DNA from: Oscillospiraceae bacterium
Lineage (GTDB): Bacteria; Bacillota; Clostridia; Oscillospirales; Acutalibacteraceae
Direction of reading: 5' to 3'
Length of the DNA: 47,899 nt
NCBI GenBank assembly: GCA_902781345.1
Contig: CACZIY010000001.1
Span: forward strand, 1-47,899
Shown: positions 1 to 8,975 of the stretch, piece after piece
Layout of the letters: each line of letters opens with the position of its first letter
How positions within the stretch are numbered: position 1 is the stretch's first letter
Position numbers and translations under genes: made by a program
The notes under the pieces: model-generated
What the model was told of the DNA's origin: nothing
Seen by the model: the letters and a program-made list of their open reading frames with translations, nothing else
Database searches by the model: none

Positions 1-1714
1 TATAATCGTAACCGCCGTTTCTGAGTTCACCGCCGTATTTTGCAATAAGCTCATCACCGGTTGTAACATATTTTTGCAAACCGTCACCGATTTTATCTAA
101 GAAGTAGTTACCGTCAACTTGTTCTGCATAATAGGTTGTTGCAATAGCTTTAAATTGTGACCAGGCAATTGATGTCCAAGCAGTCGGTATAACGGTATTA
201 AGCATTTCATAATTAACGCCGTCATCACTTACAAATTGAGTAAGTAATCCATCATCAGCACCGTTAATTAAATAATAGCCCTGACCTGAACTTGACGCTG
301 TTAATGAAGTTATCGGTTTTTCAGATGTGATAATCAAATATTTTCCGCCCCATGTGCTGTTTGAATCTTCGCTGTAAAGTTTCATCCAGTTTGGTTGAGA
401 AGCAGATGTTAAAGACAGAATTTCACTTTGTGTAAGCGATGTATAAGTTACTTCTTTACCAACAAACTTTTCAAAAGCCGCTGATGAAGGAGTATTATAG
501 TATCTGTTTGTAATAGAATAATCGGCTGCGCCGTTATCCCAGAAGAAACAAGATGTATTATACTGATGAGAATAGGTATAAAGATCCTGCATTGCAGTAA
601 CTTCGGCACTGCTGTGTGCAGACTTACCCGAAAGGCCTATTTCATCAAGAGTAGCGCCCATATTATAGTTTGTTTTAATGTTTTTAATGCTGTTGCAGGC
701 ATCTTGCATTGAAGAACCGTAAAAGTGAGAAGTTAAAATAATTTTATCGTTATAAACATCATTTACAGTATCAGCCGCTTTAACGGTTGCAAGTGCATCA
801 GCGTTTGTCATAAAACTTACGCCGCCGTAGTTTGGAATAACTAAAAATCTTTTATCGTTATTACCGCCCTGCGCACGAATTTGCTGAATAAATGCTGCTG
901 CAACTTCTGCTGCATAACCCGATCTTGTAGCAGAACCTGTCATTGAACCTGTTTCATCGGCTACTTCGTTATAAGGCTCAAACAAAAGTCTTGAACCGTA
1001 ATTCTTAAATCTTTCGCCTACTTGACCCCAAATGTTATTTAAGTAAGTGATTGTTTGATGATTGTAAGTTTCACCCGAAGTACCTGCTGTTGCATTGCCG
1101 AATTTTTCAGGGTTTACCGCATTTGCATTGTTGCAAGCGCCGTCGTGGTGAGTGTTGATTATACAATACATACCGTATTTAATAATCCAATCAACAACCT
1201 GCTGAACTCTGTCCATAAACTCTTCATTGATAACGCCGTTGTACCAGAATTTTCTGCGTTCATCAATATTAGCATAGTAAACAGATTTATCTACAATTTC
1301 CCCATTGTAAGTTTTGCCGTTTAATTCGCCTGTGTATTCAAGCATATTAAACCAGGTAACAGGAAGTCTGATAGCATCTACGCCACTTTCTGCCAAATAC
1401 TTGATGTAATTTTCAGTGACTTCAACATTACCTGCCATAGTTTCCTTGTATTTAATATGGTCTTGAATATTATCAAATGTAGGACGGGTATAATTTTGAC
1501 GAAGCTCGGTCATCTCAAAAAGATTACCTATATTATAACCCGTTATCATTTTTTCCGACAAGGCTATTGAACTTAAACCTTGGTCGAAATCGGTTGTATC
1601 AGTCAGCAAACTACTGTCAGGTGTGATTGTAGTTGCACTTGAAGTTATAGAAATAACTCCTACAACTGACAGAATAATTGCTAATGATAATAAAATGGAT
1701 ATTAACTTTTTCAA
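1..1714 (-). CDS. Secreted glycoside hydrolase family 5 endoglucanase; C-terminal end cut off by the window edge
   Basis: Absent from the ORF track because its stop lies beyond position 1. My minus-strand translation starts at TTG 1714-1712, with GGGAG 8 nt upstream. It gives LKKLISILLSLAIILSVVGVISITSSA (signal peptide), then GH5 hallmarks AIRLPVTWFN, CIINTHHD and LLFEPYNE. The frame stays open to position 2. Confidence 0.8.
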   Translation of the reverse strand, partial: MKKLISILLSLAIILSVVGVISITSSATTITPDSSLLTDTTDFDQGLSSIALSEKMITGYNIGNLFEMTELRQNYTRPTFDNIQDHIKYKETMAGNVEVTENYIKYLAESGVDAIRLPVTWFNMLEYTGELNGKTYNGEIVDKSVYYANIDERRKFWYNGVINEEFMDRVQQVVDWIIKYGMYCIINTHHDGACNNANAVNPEKFGNATAGTSGETYNHQTITYLNNIWGQVGERFKNYGSRLLFEPYNEVADETGSMTGSATRSGYAAEVAAAFIQQIRAQGGNNDKRFLVIPNYGGVSFMTNADALATVKAADTVNDVYNDKIILTSHFYGSSMQDACNSIKNIKTNYNMGATLDEIGLSGKSAHSSAEVTAMQDLYTYSHQYNTSCFFWDNGAADYSITNRYYNTPSSAAFEKFVGKEVTYTSLTQSEILSLTSASQPNWMKLYSEDSNSTWGGKYLIITSEKPITSLTASSSGQGYYLINGADDGLLTQFVSDDGVNYEMLNTVIPTAWTSIAWSQFKAIATTYYAEQVDGNYFLDKIGDGLQKYVTTGDELIAKYGGELRNGGYDY

Positions 1715-1748
1715 CAAAAACACTCCCATCTGTTTTTTTGGTATTTTT

Positions 1749-1777
1749 ATTATATAATATTTCATTCAAAAATACAA
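1749..1777 (-). promoter_or_regulatory. Candidate sigma-A promoter of the GH5 gene
   Basis: On the minus strand: TTGTAT (1777-1772), 17-nt spacer, TATAAT (1754-1749). It lies about 35 nt upstream of the TTG start. Confidence 0.4.
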
Positions 1778-1854
1778 TAGAAAAAACCGACTAAAATACT
1801 TGAAAAAACGAAAATTTTGTGATAAAATAAATCTAAAAAGTAAGGAGATGAATT

Positions 1855-2718
1855 ATGCATTACATTAAAGGCTATTTCAAATCAGATTTAAAGGTTTATA
1901 CTAACACTTTCAGATGCTCTGGTTCGCCGACAAAAGAAAACCTCTCCACACCGCAAAGAAAAGATTTTTACTCTATTTTTGTTATGTTGAAAGGTACTGC
2001 GATATTTGATTATAAAAAGCAACAATTCACATTGAAAAGCGGTAATATGGTTTTTTGCGATGTTGGCGCTAAATTTGCTTATAACTTCTTTAATAAGGAA
2101 GATATTTCTTATTTTGAAATATTAATTCATCCTTCGATTTTAAGTGATGTTTCGGAAGATAAATTCTTTTTGCGTTCTTTGCAGGATTTTCCTGATGAAC
2201 ACAGATTAATCGACCTGCATGATAATGAATTTTTGTATGCAAAACCTTGCGTTGAAAGCATAATTAACTGTCTTAATCTCGATTTAGGCAGAGAGCATAT
2301 TTTGCCGAGAATCAAGTCGCTGATTTCGGAGCTTGATATTTATTATGACAGAAAGTATTCCACCGATATCAAATCTACCGATAGCATTTCTGTTCAAATT
2401 ATTCACTATATTGACCGCCATTTTACCGAAAACCTAACTTATAATTTTATTTCTGATAAGTTTTCTGTTTCCGAACCTACAATTCGTAAAATTTTAAGGG
2501 CTTTTACCGGCAAAACATTGCGTGAATATGTTGAAAAACTAAGAATAGATACCTTTAAAAAGCGAATTATTGAAGATGAAAATGTTATTGAATGTTCAAA
2601 ACTTTGCGGTTTTAATGATTACACTACATTTTTAAAGGCCTATAAAAGAATTTACGGAAAATTACCAAGCGAATTAAAAAAGGAAAAGGAAAAGAAATAT
2701 AATTATCCGTTATCATAA
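1855..2718 (+). CDS. AraC-family transcriptional regulator, divergent from the GH5 gene
   Basis: AAGGAG RBS. C-terminal double helix-turn-helix typical of AraC/XylS (LREYVEKLRIDTFKK...CGFNDYTTFLKAYKRIYGKLPSE). N-terminal cupin-like sensor part. Confidence 0.85.
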   Translation: MHYIKGYFKSDLKVYTNTFRCSGSPTKENLSTPQRKDFYSIFVMLKGTAIFDYKKQQFTLKSGNMVFCDVGAKFAYNFFNKEDISYFEILIHPSILSDVSEDKFFLRSLQDFPDEHRLIDLHDNEFLYAKPCVESIINCLNLDLGREHILPRIKSLISELDIYYDRKYSTDIKSTDSISVQIIHYIDRHFTENLTYNFISDKFSVSEPTIRKILRAFTGKTLREYVEKLRIDTFKKRIIEDENVIECSKLCGFNDYTTFLKAYKRIYGKLPSELKKEKEKKYNYPLS

Positions 2719-2749
2719 AAAAACGAGCAATTAAATTGCTCGTTTTTTT
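2717..2749. terminator. Bidirectional intrinsic terminator
   Basis: CGAGCAATT / AATTGCTCG stem flanked by an A-run and a T-run, between convergent genes. Confidence 0.7.
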
Positions 2750-2752
2750 GGT

Positions 2753-3397
2753 TTAATATAATGATAAATAAGAAAACAAATATTGAAAAGCAACTCCAAA
2801 AACAACCGACAACAAAACTTCAATCAAAAACTCCTTTGGTTTTCTAAAAAGTATTACAAGACCGATTGCAAATGTTATTACTTCAAGTATATATGTATAG
2901 TATATTCCTTGTGTGATAATAAAAGCCTGCGAAAACAACGCGCCTAAAATCAACGATGAAATAATAATTGCAACTATACCTTTGCCTTTTGCATACCAGC
3001 AAATGTATGATAAAAAGAACGATATAAATGAAGCAACAAACCAAATCATCATATATGAAACAGGCAAAAATCCCACAACAAAATTACAATATAAATAGTA
3101 GCCCGACACCATACTTATTAAGAATAAAAATGTATTTATTGCGGCTTTTTGCGGTGTTTTGGAATAAACAGAAATTATAGTACCAAGCAAAATCCAAATA
3201 GCGATTCTTCCGAAAAAATTTGTTATATCAAGTTGTTGTAAAAATAATGGTAACTCATTCACCGCTGTATTATCAAGCCATTTTTGCAATACGCCGAGTG
3301 CTAAACCCAAAACTATAAATAGTAAACAAAATAACACTTTATTAAGTGTTGAACCGCTCTTATCAGGCATTCTGATTTTATTTAAAAACGATTTCAT
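2753..3397 (-). CDS. Polytopic membrane protein of unknown function
   Basis: GGAGAG RBS. About six hydrophobic helices. No motif I recognise. Confidence 0.55.
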   Translation of the reverse strand: MKSFLNKIRMPDKSGSTLNKVLFCLLFIVLGLALGVLQKWLDNTAVNELPLFLQQLDITNFFGRIAIWILLGTIISVYSKTPQKAAINTFLFLISMVSGYYLYCNFVVGFLPVSYMMIWFVASFISFFLSYICWYAKGKGIVAIIISSLILGALFSQAFIITQGIYYTYILEVITFAIGLVILFRKPKEFLIEVLLSVVFGVAFQYLFSYLSLY

Positions 3398-3730
3398 TTA
3401 TTCTCTCCAACATATACACTAGATTTTAATTATTACAAATAAATGCCCTATACCGAATATAATACTAAATACAATCAAGCACAAACGCATCATTGTTTTT
3501 CCACATAACAAGAAATCCTGTCAAGCTGTTTTTTATGTGAAGGTTTATGAAAAAATATAAAAGCCATATCAACCAATCAAAACTGTGTTTGCAAATAAAT
3601 ATACACAAAACATTTTTTTAGAGCAAAAGTCAAGATTTTAGTTTTATAAGATTTGATAAAGACTTTAACACTGGCTTAAGCAAATCACCAGCCGTTATGG
3701 TTGAGAGGGTTGTTTTTTATTAGCCAGAAA

Positions 3731-4240
3731 TTATTTTTTTCTGTATGTTATTACAATTCCAATAACAGAAGCTAGAAATACAATTGGTGCCAGTCTTACA
3801 AACACAAATTCAAAGCCATGCATTATTGTTCCAGCAACAGCTAATTCTGGATTATTATAATTCCAATTTAAATAGGAACCGTTAATAGCTATAAGCACAA
3901 TAAATATTACTGTAATTAACACGCATAACGAGATAAGCAGCCATCGAACCATTTTAACTCTTGCTATACTTCTTTTTGCTAACTGAAGATTAATAGCTTC
4001 TAATTTTTCTGATATCGTTTTCAAATCATCAGTAGCAGGTTCTGTTATTGGTTCTCCAAGTAACTCGCTGACAGAGGTATCTAATTCATCTGCCAAAGAA
4101 ATCAACATACTTGAATCTGGAACTGATAATCCGTTCTCCCATTTAGATACTGTTTGCCTAACCACATTCAATTTAATAGCAAGTTCTTCTTGTGATAGCC
4201 CTTTTGACTTTCTTAAGTTTTTTATGTTTTCATTCAACAT
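3731..4240 (-). CDS. Membrane-anchored XRE-family HTH regulator
   Basis: AAGGAGG RBS. N-terminal Cro/CI-type HTH (LRKSKGLSQEELAIKLNVVRQTVSKWENG), a linker, then two C-terminal transmembrane helices. Confidence 0.8.
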   Translation of the reverse strand: MLNENIKNLRKSKGLSQEELAIKLNVVRQTVSKWENGLSVPDSSMLISLADELDTSVSELLGEPITEPATDDLKTISEKLEAINLQLAKRSIARVKMVRWLLISLCVLITVIFIVLIAINGSYLNWNYNNPELAVAGTIMHGFEFVFVRLAPIVFLASVIGIVITYRKK

Positions 4241-4507
4241 AATTTGTACCTCCTTGTTTTTTACAGCTTCATCTTACATCAAAAGAGTCGTTGCCTCAAG
4301 CAACGCAAATTAACATCCAGTTATTTACCGTAGCATATAATAATTTTCACTTTTTCGGAGGCATCTATGCCACTACTCCCATAACATCTAATCCACAGCC
4401 TAAACCCTTTGAGCGTTTTTACAGTGGATATGTTTCAATATAAGAAATACGGACTCTCCTGAGCTACCTACTAATCTCAAAAAAGCCCGTAAACACGCTA
4501 CTTTTCG

Positions 4508-5665
4508 TTATTTATTCTCTTTTCTAGACATCAACACCACCGTCTCCACATGAGTGGTATGAGGGAACATATCGACAGGTTGAATTTTTTTAACCTTATA
4601 ACCGCTTTTACAAAGGATGAGCAAATCCCGTTTTTGTGTTTCGATATTGCAAGAAATATATACCACTTTTTCGGGTGCTAATTTTACAACACTTTGCAAA
4701 AATGCTTTGCTGCTGCCTGCTCGTGGCGGGTCCATAAAAACAACATCTACTTTTTGCTTTTCTTTTGCTAATTCCACCATAAACTCGCCTGCATCGCCAC
4801 AATAAAATGAAGCGTTTTCAACGCCGTTAATTTTTGCGTTGATTTTAGCGTCTTTTACCGCATCTTCATTAAGCTCAACGCCGATTACTTCGCCTGCTTT
4901 TTGCGAGGCAACAAGCCCTATTGTTCCCGTTCCGCAGTAAGCGTCAATAACCGTTTGAGTTTTATTCAAATCGGCATATTCAATCGCAGTTTCATACAAA
5001 ATCTTTGTTTGAAAAGGATTGATTTGGTAAAAAGATTTCGGCGAAATGCGAAATTTCATACCGCAAAGTTCATCTTCTATGTAGCCTTTTCCGAAAAGCA
5101 CTTGTTCACGCTCAGCCAAAAGCATACTCGTTTTATGTGGATTGATATTAAACACCACCGTTGTGATTTGAGGAAATTCTTTTAAAAGTGCTTTTGTTAT
5201 ATTATTCTTTTGCGGAAAAATTGGACTTGCACCGACAAAAACTACCATAATTTGATTGGTTGAAAAGGAGCGTTTCACTAAAATATGCCTTAAAAAGCCT
5301 TTTTTAGTATCTTCATTGTAAGGCAAAATTTTGAACTCTGGCAAAACAGAGCGAATAAAAACGATAATTTCATCGGCTTTTTTATCTTCAATCATACAAT
5401 TATCAACATTGACAATTCGGTGTGAACTCGATTGGTAAACGCCCGAAACTATTTTACCGCCTCTTGTAAGTCCAAAAGCCGCTTGCACTTTGTTGCGGTA
5501 ATTATAAGGATTTTTCATACCAATAATATTATTAACTTTATGAAATTTGCCAAGTGTTGAAACTGCTTTCGCTTGTTTGAACTTCAACTGCCTTTGATAA
5601 TCCATATTTTGCAGTTGACAACCGCCGCATTTTTTGGCATATTTACAACCTATTGCGTTATTCAT
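4508..5665 (-). CDS. SAM-dependent RNA (uracil-C5)-methyltransferase, RumA/TrmA family
   Basis: 4Fe-4S Cys cluster CKYAKKCGGCQLQ near the N-terminus. SAM motif DAYCGTGTIG. PPRAG motif. Start moved to the internal ATG 5665-5663 (MNNAIG), which has a GGAGAG RBS and overlaps the upstream stop as ATGAATAA. Confidence 0.85.
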   Translation of the reverse strand: MNNAIGCKYAKKCGGCQLQNMDYQRQLKFKQAKAVSTLGKFHKVNNIIGMKNPYNYRNKVQAAFGLTRGGKIVSGVYQSSSHRIVNVDNCMIEDKKADEIIVFIRSVLPEFKILPYNEDTKKGFLRHILVKRSFSTNQIMVVFVGASPIFPQKNNITKALLKEFPQITTVVFNINPHKTSMLLAEREQVLFGKGYIEDELCGMKFRISPKSFYQINPFQTKILYETAIEYADLNKTQTVIDAYCGTGTIGLVASQKAGEVIGVELNEDAVKDAKINAKINGVENASFYCGDAGEFMVELAKEKQKVDVVFMDPPRAGSSKAFLQSVVKLAPEKVVYISCNIETQKRDLLILCKSGYKVKKIQPVDMFPHTTHVETVVLMSRKENK

Positions 5666-5969
5666 TTTCCGCTCTCCATCTGTATTTTTCAAGGTCAACT
5701 TTTCCGTTTTCAACTTGAATTCCCTCTGCTTCAAGCAAGCTGATTTGCATATTTTTACCGCCAAAAGCAAATGCGCTTGAAACCTCGCCGTTGCGATTTA
5801 CAACCCGATAACAATGTATGTTTTCGGGGTCGGGATTTACATGCAAAGCATAGCCTACAACCCTTGACCAGTGCACATTGCCTGCAAGTGTTGCAATTTG
5901 ACCATAAGTTGCTACTTTGCCTTTTGGTATTCTTTTTACTGCCTCATAAATTTTTTGAAATGTGTTCAA
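5658..5969 (-). CDS. MGMT-family (Ada/Ogt DNA-binding domain, Atl-like) protein
   Basis: TTG start. KGKVATYGQIA...RVVGYAL...IHCYRVVNRNGEVS resembles the methylguanine methyltransferase C-domain, with a variant HCYRV in place of PCHRV. Confidence 0.65.
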   Translation of the reverse strand: MNTFQKIYEAVKRIPKGKVATYGQIATLAGNVHWSRVVGYALHVNPDPENIHCYRVVNRNGEVSSAFAFGGKNMQISLLEAEGIQVENGKVDLEKYRWRAENE

Positions 5970-5988
5970 ATTTTTTCACCCAAAAACA

Positions 5989-6999
5989 TTATTTCCATTC
6001 ATCAGCAAAATATGCTCTTGTGTTTGCTCGTTTACCGTTTTCATCGACAACATCAAATCGAATATATTTCATATTATCGGAAATATCAAACGAAGCAGAA
6101 GTTACAAAACCGCCTTCTTTATCGAAAACTCGTTTTACATGTCGAATTCCTGTTGCCATAATAATTGATTTTGCAGGCGAACAGGTAATATATGCCTTGC
6201 CGTCTTCAACATACAAATCACAAATTTCAGGTGCTTGTGAGCAATAAAACTCTTTATTCTTAAGCGCAGAAAATACGCTTTCGTAAGTTAAATCTTTGGC
6301 TTTTATCATATCAAAACCGCCGAATGTGCCTGCAAAACGGTCATCATCAGTATGATTATGGTTATCATCAGCCATTTGTGCTGCAATTCGCATACCACTT
6401 CGGCACATAACATCATAAGCATAAATGTCATATTCCGACCAACCCCAATAAATGTTGTCGGTATTATAAATTTCAAGTGCAAAAAGCCCTTTGTATTGCT
6501 TTAATTCCTCAGGCTCTTGCAACGACCAATAAGGGTGATTCATACAAACGATAAAACCGTGGTCGTTAGCTTCTTTTATAATTTTGTTTACACCTTCGAT
6601 TGAATATTCTCTATCGCAGTATTCGCCATAGTATTCAATCGAATTTTTAACCTCGTCGCCTGCAAACCAAATTGCATTCGGATTGTAACAAACTTGTTTT
6701 ACGCTGTTTTTATCTCCACAATAAAGGTTCAAATGAGCGCATTTATTTTCGGTCCATTCATTGCTTTTACGTTCAGTTATTGAGAGTTCATAACCATTTA
6801 AAAACAAAAAATCATCATCAGAATATTGATAATAATTTTTAAGCACCTCGTGTTCTGAAATGCAAAGAATATCATAACCTCGTTTTTTGAATTCTTCTTT
6901 CATTTCAAGCGGTGTAAAATGACCGTCTGAGCCGGTTGCATGTGCATGAAGATTTGCCTTATAGAATTTTCCTTCCTTTGGCAAAAGATACTTTTTCAT
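5989..6999 (-). CDS. PHP-domain metal-dependent phosphoesterase
   Basis: GGAGA RBS. N-terminal HAHATGSDG ... ISEH motif typical of PHP / histidinol-phosphatase-like domains. Confidence 0.75.
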   Translation of the reverse strand: MKKYLLPKEGKFYKANLHAHATGSDGHFTPLEMKEEFKKRGYDILCISEHEVLKNYYQYSDDDFLFLNGYELSITERKSNEWTENKCAHLNLYCGDKNSVKQVCYNPNAIWFAGDEVKNSIEYYGEYCDREYSIEGVNKIIKEANDHGFIVCMNHPYWSLQEPEELKQYKGLFALEIYNTDNIYWGWSEYDIYAYDVMCRSGMRIAAQMADDNHNHTDDDRFAGTFGGFDMIKAKDLTYESVFSALKNKEFYCSQAPEICDLYVEDGKAYITCSPAKSIIMATGIRHVKRVFDKEGGFVTSASFDISDNMKYIRFDVVDENGKRANTRAYFADEWK

Positions 7000-7058
7000 A
7001 ACAAAAACATCTCCTAAAAAAATTTGTCCATTAGAATTCTATCATAAACAAACGGGAT

Positions 7059-7388
7059 TTACAAGGTTATTATTCTAAATTTTTTATTTAGTTTTTTACT
7101 ATTTTCTATAACAAATTTCGTTCCTTTTGACTTTTGGTCCCAAAATATTAATAATTCATCACAATAATTAATAATCTCTATATTTCTCTTTAATGGTGCT
7201 CCCCTTTTATATAGATTATATTTTGGCAAGAATTCAGTATATTTAATGCTATTTTTAATTGCAAATTCTTTTGCCGACTTGTCAACACCGTTTGCCCCGC
7301 CTGAAACTATTTCAGAAACATTATCAGGAAGGTATAATTCTAAATTATCTATTCTTATACTTCTTGAGCCAACTATTGCTAATTTCAT
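7059..7388 (-). CDS. SLOG-superfamily protein (DUF2493 / YspA-related)
   Basis: AAAGGAG RBS. 109 aa with IVGSR...SGGANGVDKSAKEFA...GAPLKRN...LLIFWDQKSKGTKFVI, the pattern I associate with DUF2493. Confidence 0.6.
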   Translation of the reverse strand: MKLAIVGSRSIRIDNLELYLPDNVSEIVSGGANGVDKSAKEFAIKNSIKYTEFLPKYNLYKRGAPLKRNIEIINYCDELLIFWDQKSKGTKFVIENSKKLNKKFRIITL

Positions 7389-7482
7389 AAACTTTTTCTC
7401 CTTTGTCTTGCTGATAGGACATAATACTTATAAATCCATTATAAACTATAAATGTCCAAAATCAAGACATTGGAGTGAAAAA

Positions 7483-7725
7483 ATGAAGAGAATTATTGAT
7501 AGCAACAAAAGCAATATCATTGGCGAAAGAGTAAAACAAGCCAGATTGAAAAAGAATTACAGCCAAAAACAGTTGTCGGTCAAATTAGAATTGATGGCAG
7601 TATATATTTGCAGAGGTTCAATATCACGAATTGAAAACGGTGAAAGAATGGTTAGCGATATTGAAATTGATGCACTCTCAAAAGTTCTTAATGTATCACT
7701 CGATTACCTTTTTGGCAGAGATTAA
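7483..7725 (+). CDS. XRE-family HTH transcriptional regulator (80 aa)
   Basis: The internal ATG at 7483 is preceded by GGAG (7472-7475). IGERVKQARLKKNYSQKQLS...ISRIENGERM is a Cro/CI HTH. The longer track ORF from 7246 runs antisense through the SLOG gene. Confidence 0.8.
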   Translation: MKRIIDSNKSNIIGERVKQARLKKNYSQKQLSVKLELMAVYICRGSISRIENGERMVSDIEIDALSKVLNVSLDYLFGRD

Positions 7726-7730
7726 AAGAA

Positions 7731-7763
7731 TAAAAATCCACCCGCTTAGCGGGTGGATTTTTA
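7731..7763. terminator. Bidirectional intrinsic terminator
   Basis: ATCCACCCGC / GCGGGTGGAT 10-bp stem with A-run and T-run flanks. Serves the XRE gene (+) and hydF (-). Confidence 0.75.
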
Positions 7764-8963
7764 TTCTATAATACTTTTAATTTCAGGAAAGACTTCGAGT
7801 GAACGAGGTAAAATTCCGTTCATATAAGCAATTATTACACCGTAATTTGTAAACGGTACATCAAGCGTGTTAGCATATTTCATTCGAGAGCGCATTTCAC
7901 GCTCGTTTAACATACAAGCACCGCAATGAACTATCAACTTATATTTTGATAAATCTTCGGGAAAACCTGTTCCGCTTGAGTATTCAAAATTCAAATCTTT
8001 GCCTGTAAAATCTTTAATCCATTTTGGCATTTTTACTGCGCCAATATCGTTACATTGACGATGATGAGTGCAACCCTCTGAAATCAAAACAGTATCGCCA
8101 TTTTGTAAATCATTAAGTGCTGCTGCACCTTTTACGGCAGTTTTCAAAAAACCTTTGTAATTGGCAAAAAGAATTGAAAAAGAAGTCAGCATAATATCTT
8201 TTGGCACAACCTCTTTTACAAAGGAGAATGCTTGCGAGTCAGTTACAACTAATTTTGGCTTTTTTGAAAGATTTTTCAAAGTTTCTTTTAACTGTGTTTC
8301 TTTGGTTACAACGCAAATTGCGCTTGAATCTAATACATCACGAATTGTTTGCACCTGCGGCAAAATCATTCTTCCCTTTGGTGCGGACTCATCAATCGGG
8401 CAACAAAGCACTATAAAGTCGTCTTTGTTAACTAAATCAGGACAGATTTTTTTGTTTTGCTCTTCGCTTTTTGCAAAAGAGCCGATTTTTTCTTTTAATT
8501 CATCAATATTTTGCTTTGTAACTGCGCTGACTAAAATCTCATTTTTCGCTAATTCAATATCGCATTTTAAATCAGCCTTGTTATAAACAACTATAAAAGG
8601 AATTTCCTTGTCTTCAAAAATTGAAATTAACTGATTATCAACCTGAGTTTTGCCAACAGTAGCGTCAACTACTAAAACAGCGACATCGGTTTTTGCAAGA
8701 ATTTGTTTTGTTTTTTTAACTCGCTTTTCGCCTAAATCGCCCTCATCATCAAAGCCAGGTGTGTCAATAATTACAACAGGGCCAATAGGCAAAATCTCCA
8801 TTGCTTTTGAAACAGGGTCGGTTGTAGTACCTTTTACATCAGAAACTACCGATAAATCTTGATTTGTAATCGCATTTACAACGCTTGATTTTCCTGCGTT
8901 GCGTTTGCCAAAAAAGCCGATATGAACGCGATTAGCTGATGGGGTTGAATTCAAATCTCCCAT
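7761..8963 (-). CDS. hydF: [FeFe]-hydrogenase H-cluster maturation GTPase HydF
   Basis: GKRNAGKSS P-loop, TTTDPV and NKADL GTPase motifs. C-terminal CTHH...C and HCGAC cluster-binding cysteines. Sits in an operon with hydE and hydG. Confidence 0.9.
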   Translation of the reverse strand: MGDLNSTPSANRVHIGFFGKRNAGKSSVVNAITNQDLSVVSDVKGTTTDPVSKAMEILPIGPVVIIDTPGFDDEGDLGEKRVKKTKQILAKTDVAVLVVDATVGKTQVDNQLISIFEDKEIPFIVVYNKADLKCDIELAKNEILVSAVTKQNIDELKEKIGSFAKSEEQNKKICPDLVNKDDFIVLCCPIDESAPKGRMILPQVQTIRDVLDSSAICVVTKETQLKETLKNLSKKPKLVVTDSQAFSFVKEVVPKDIMLTSFSILFANYKGFLKTAVKGAAALNDLQNGDTVLISEGCTHHRQCNDIGAVKMPKWIKDFTGKDLNFEYSSGTGFPEDLSKYKLIVHCGACMLNEREMRSRMKYANTLDVPFTNYGVIIAYMNGILPRSLEVFPEIKSIIE

Positions 8964-8975
8964 TTTACCACCTCA

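Noticed and set aside
3547-3621. Plus-strand 24-codon ORF MKKYKSHINQSKLCLQINIHKTFF
   Set aside because: It has only a poor GAAGG 3 nt from the ATG and no promoter, and it lies antisense to the local transcription direction.
4241-4507. 267-nt ORF-free spacer between the rRNA methyltransferase stop and the XRE-TM gene start, as a possible small RNA gene
   Set aside because: It contains only short hairpins (GGCAT-AG-ATGCC, CGTTGC-TTGAG-GCAACG) and no promoter/terminator pair or recognisable RNA core. It most likely carries a weak terminator plus the promoter region of the XRE gene.
5771-6247. Plus-strand ORFs of 158, 96 and 68 aa overlapping the MGMT-like and PHP genes
   Set aside because: They are antisense to two well-supported minus-strand genes, have no RBS, and have low-complexity, Cys/Phe-rich composition typical of shadow ORFs in AT-rich DNA.
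7246-7482. Long N-terminal extension of the XRE ORF
   Set aside because: It runs antisense through the SLOG gene. An internal ATG at 7483 with a GGAG RBS yields a complete 80-aa HTH protein.
8161-8586. Antisense ORFs inside hydF (and similar ones at 12257-12562, 14919-15239, 33501-33815, 36647-37027, 38474-38749)
   Set aside because: All lie opposite strongly supported genes, lack an RBS, and show the Ser/Phe/Leu- or Ala-rich composition typical of reverse-frame artefacts.
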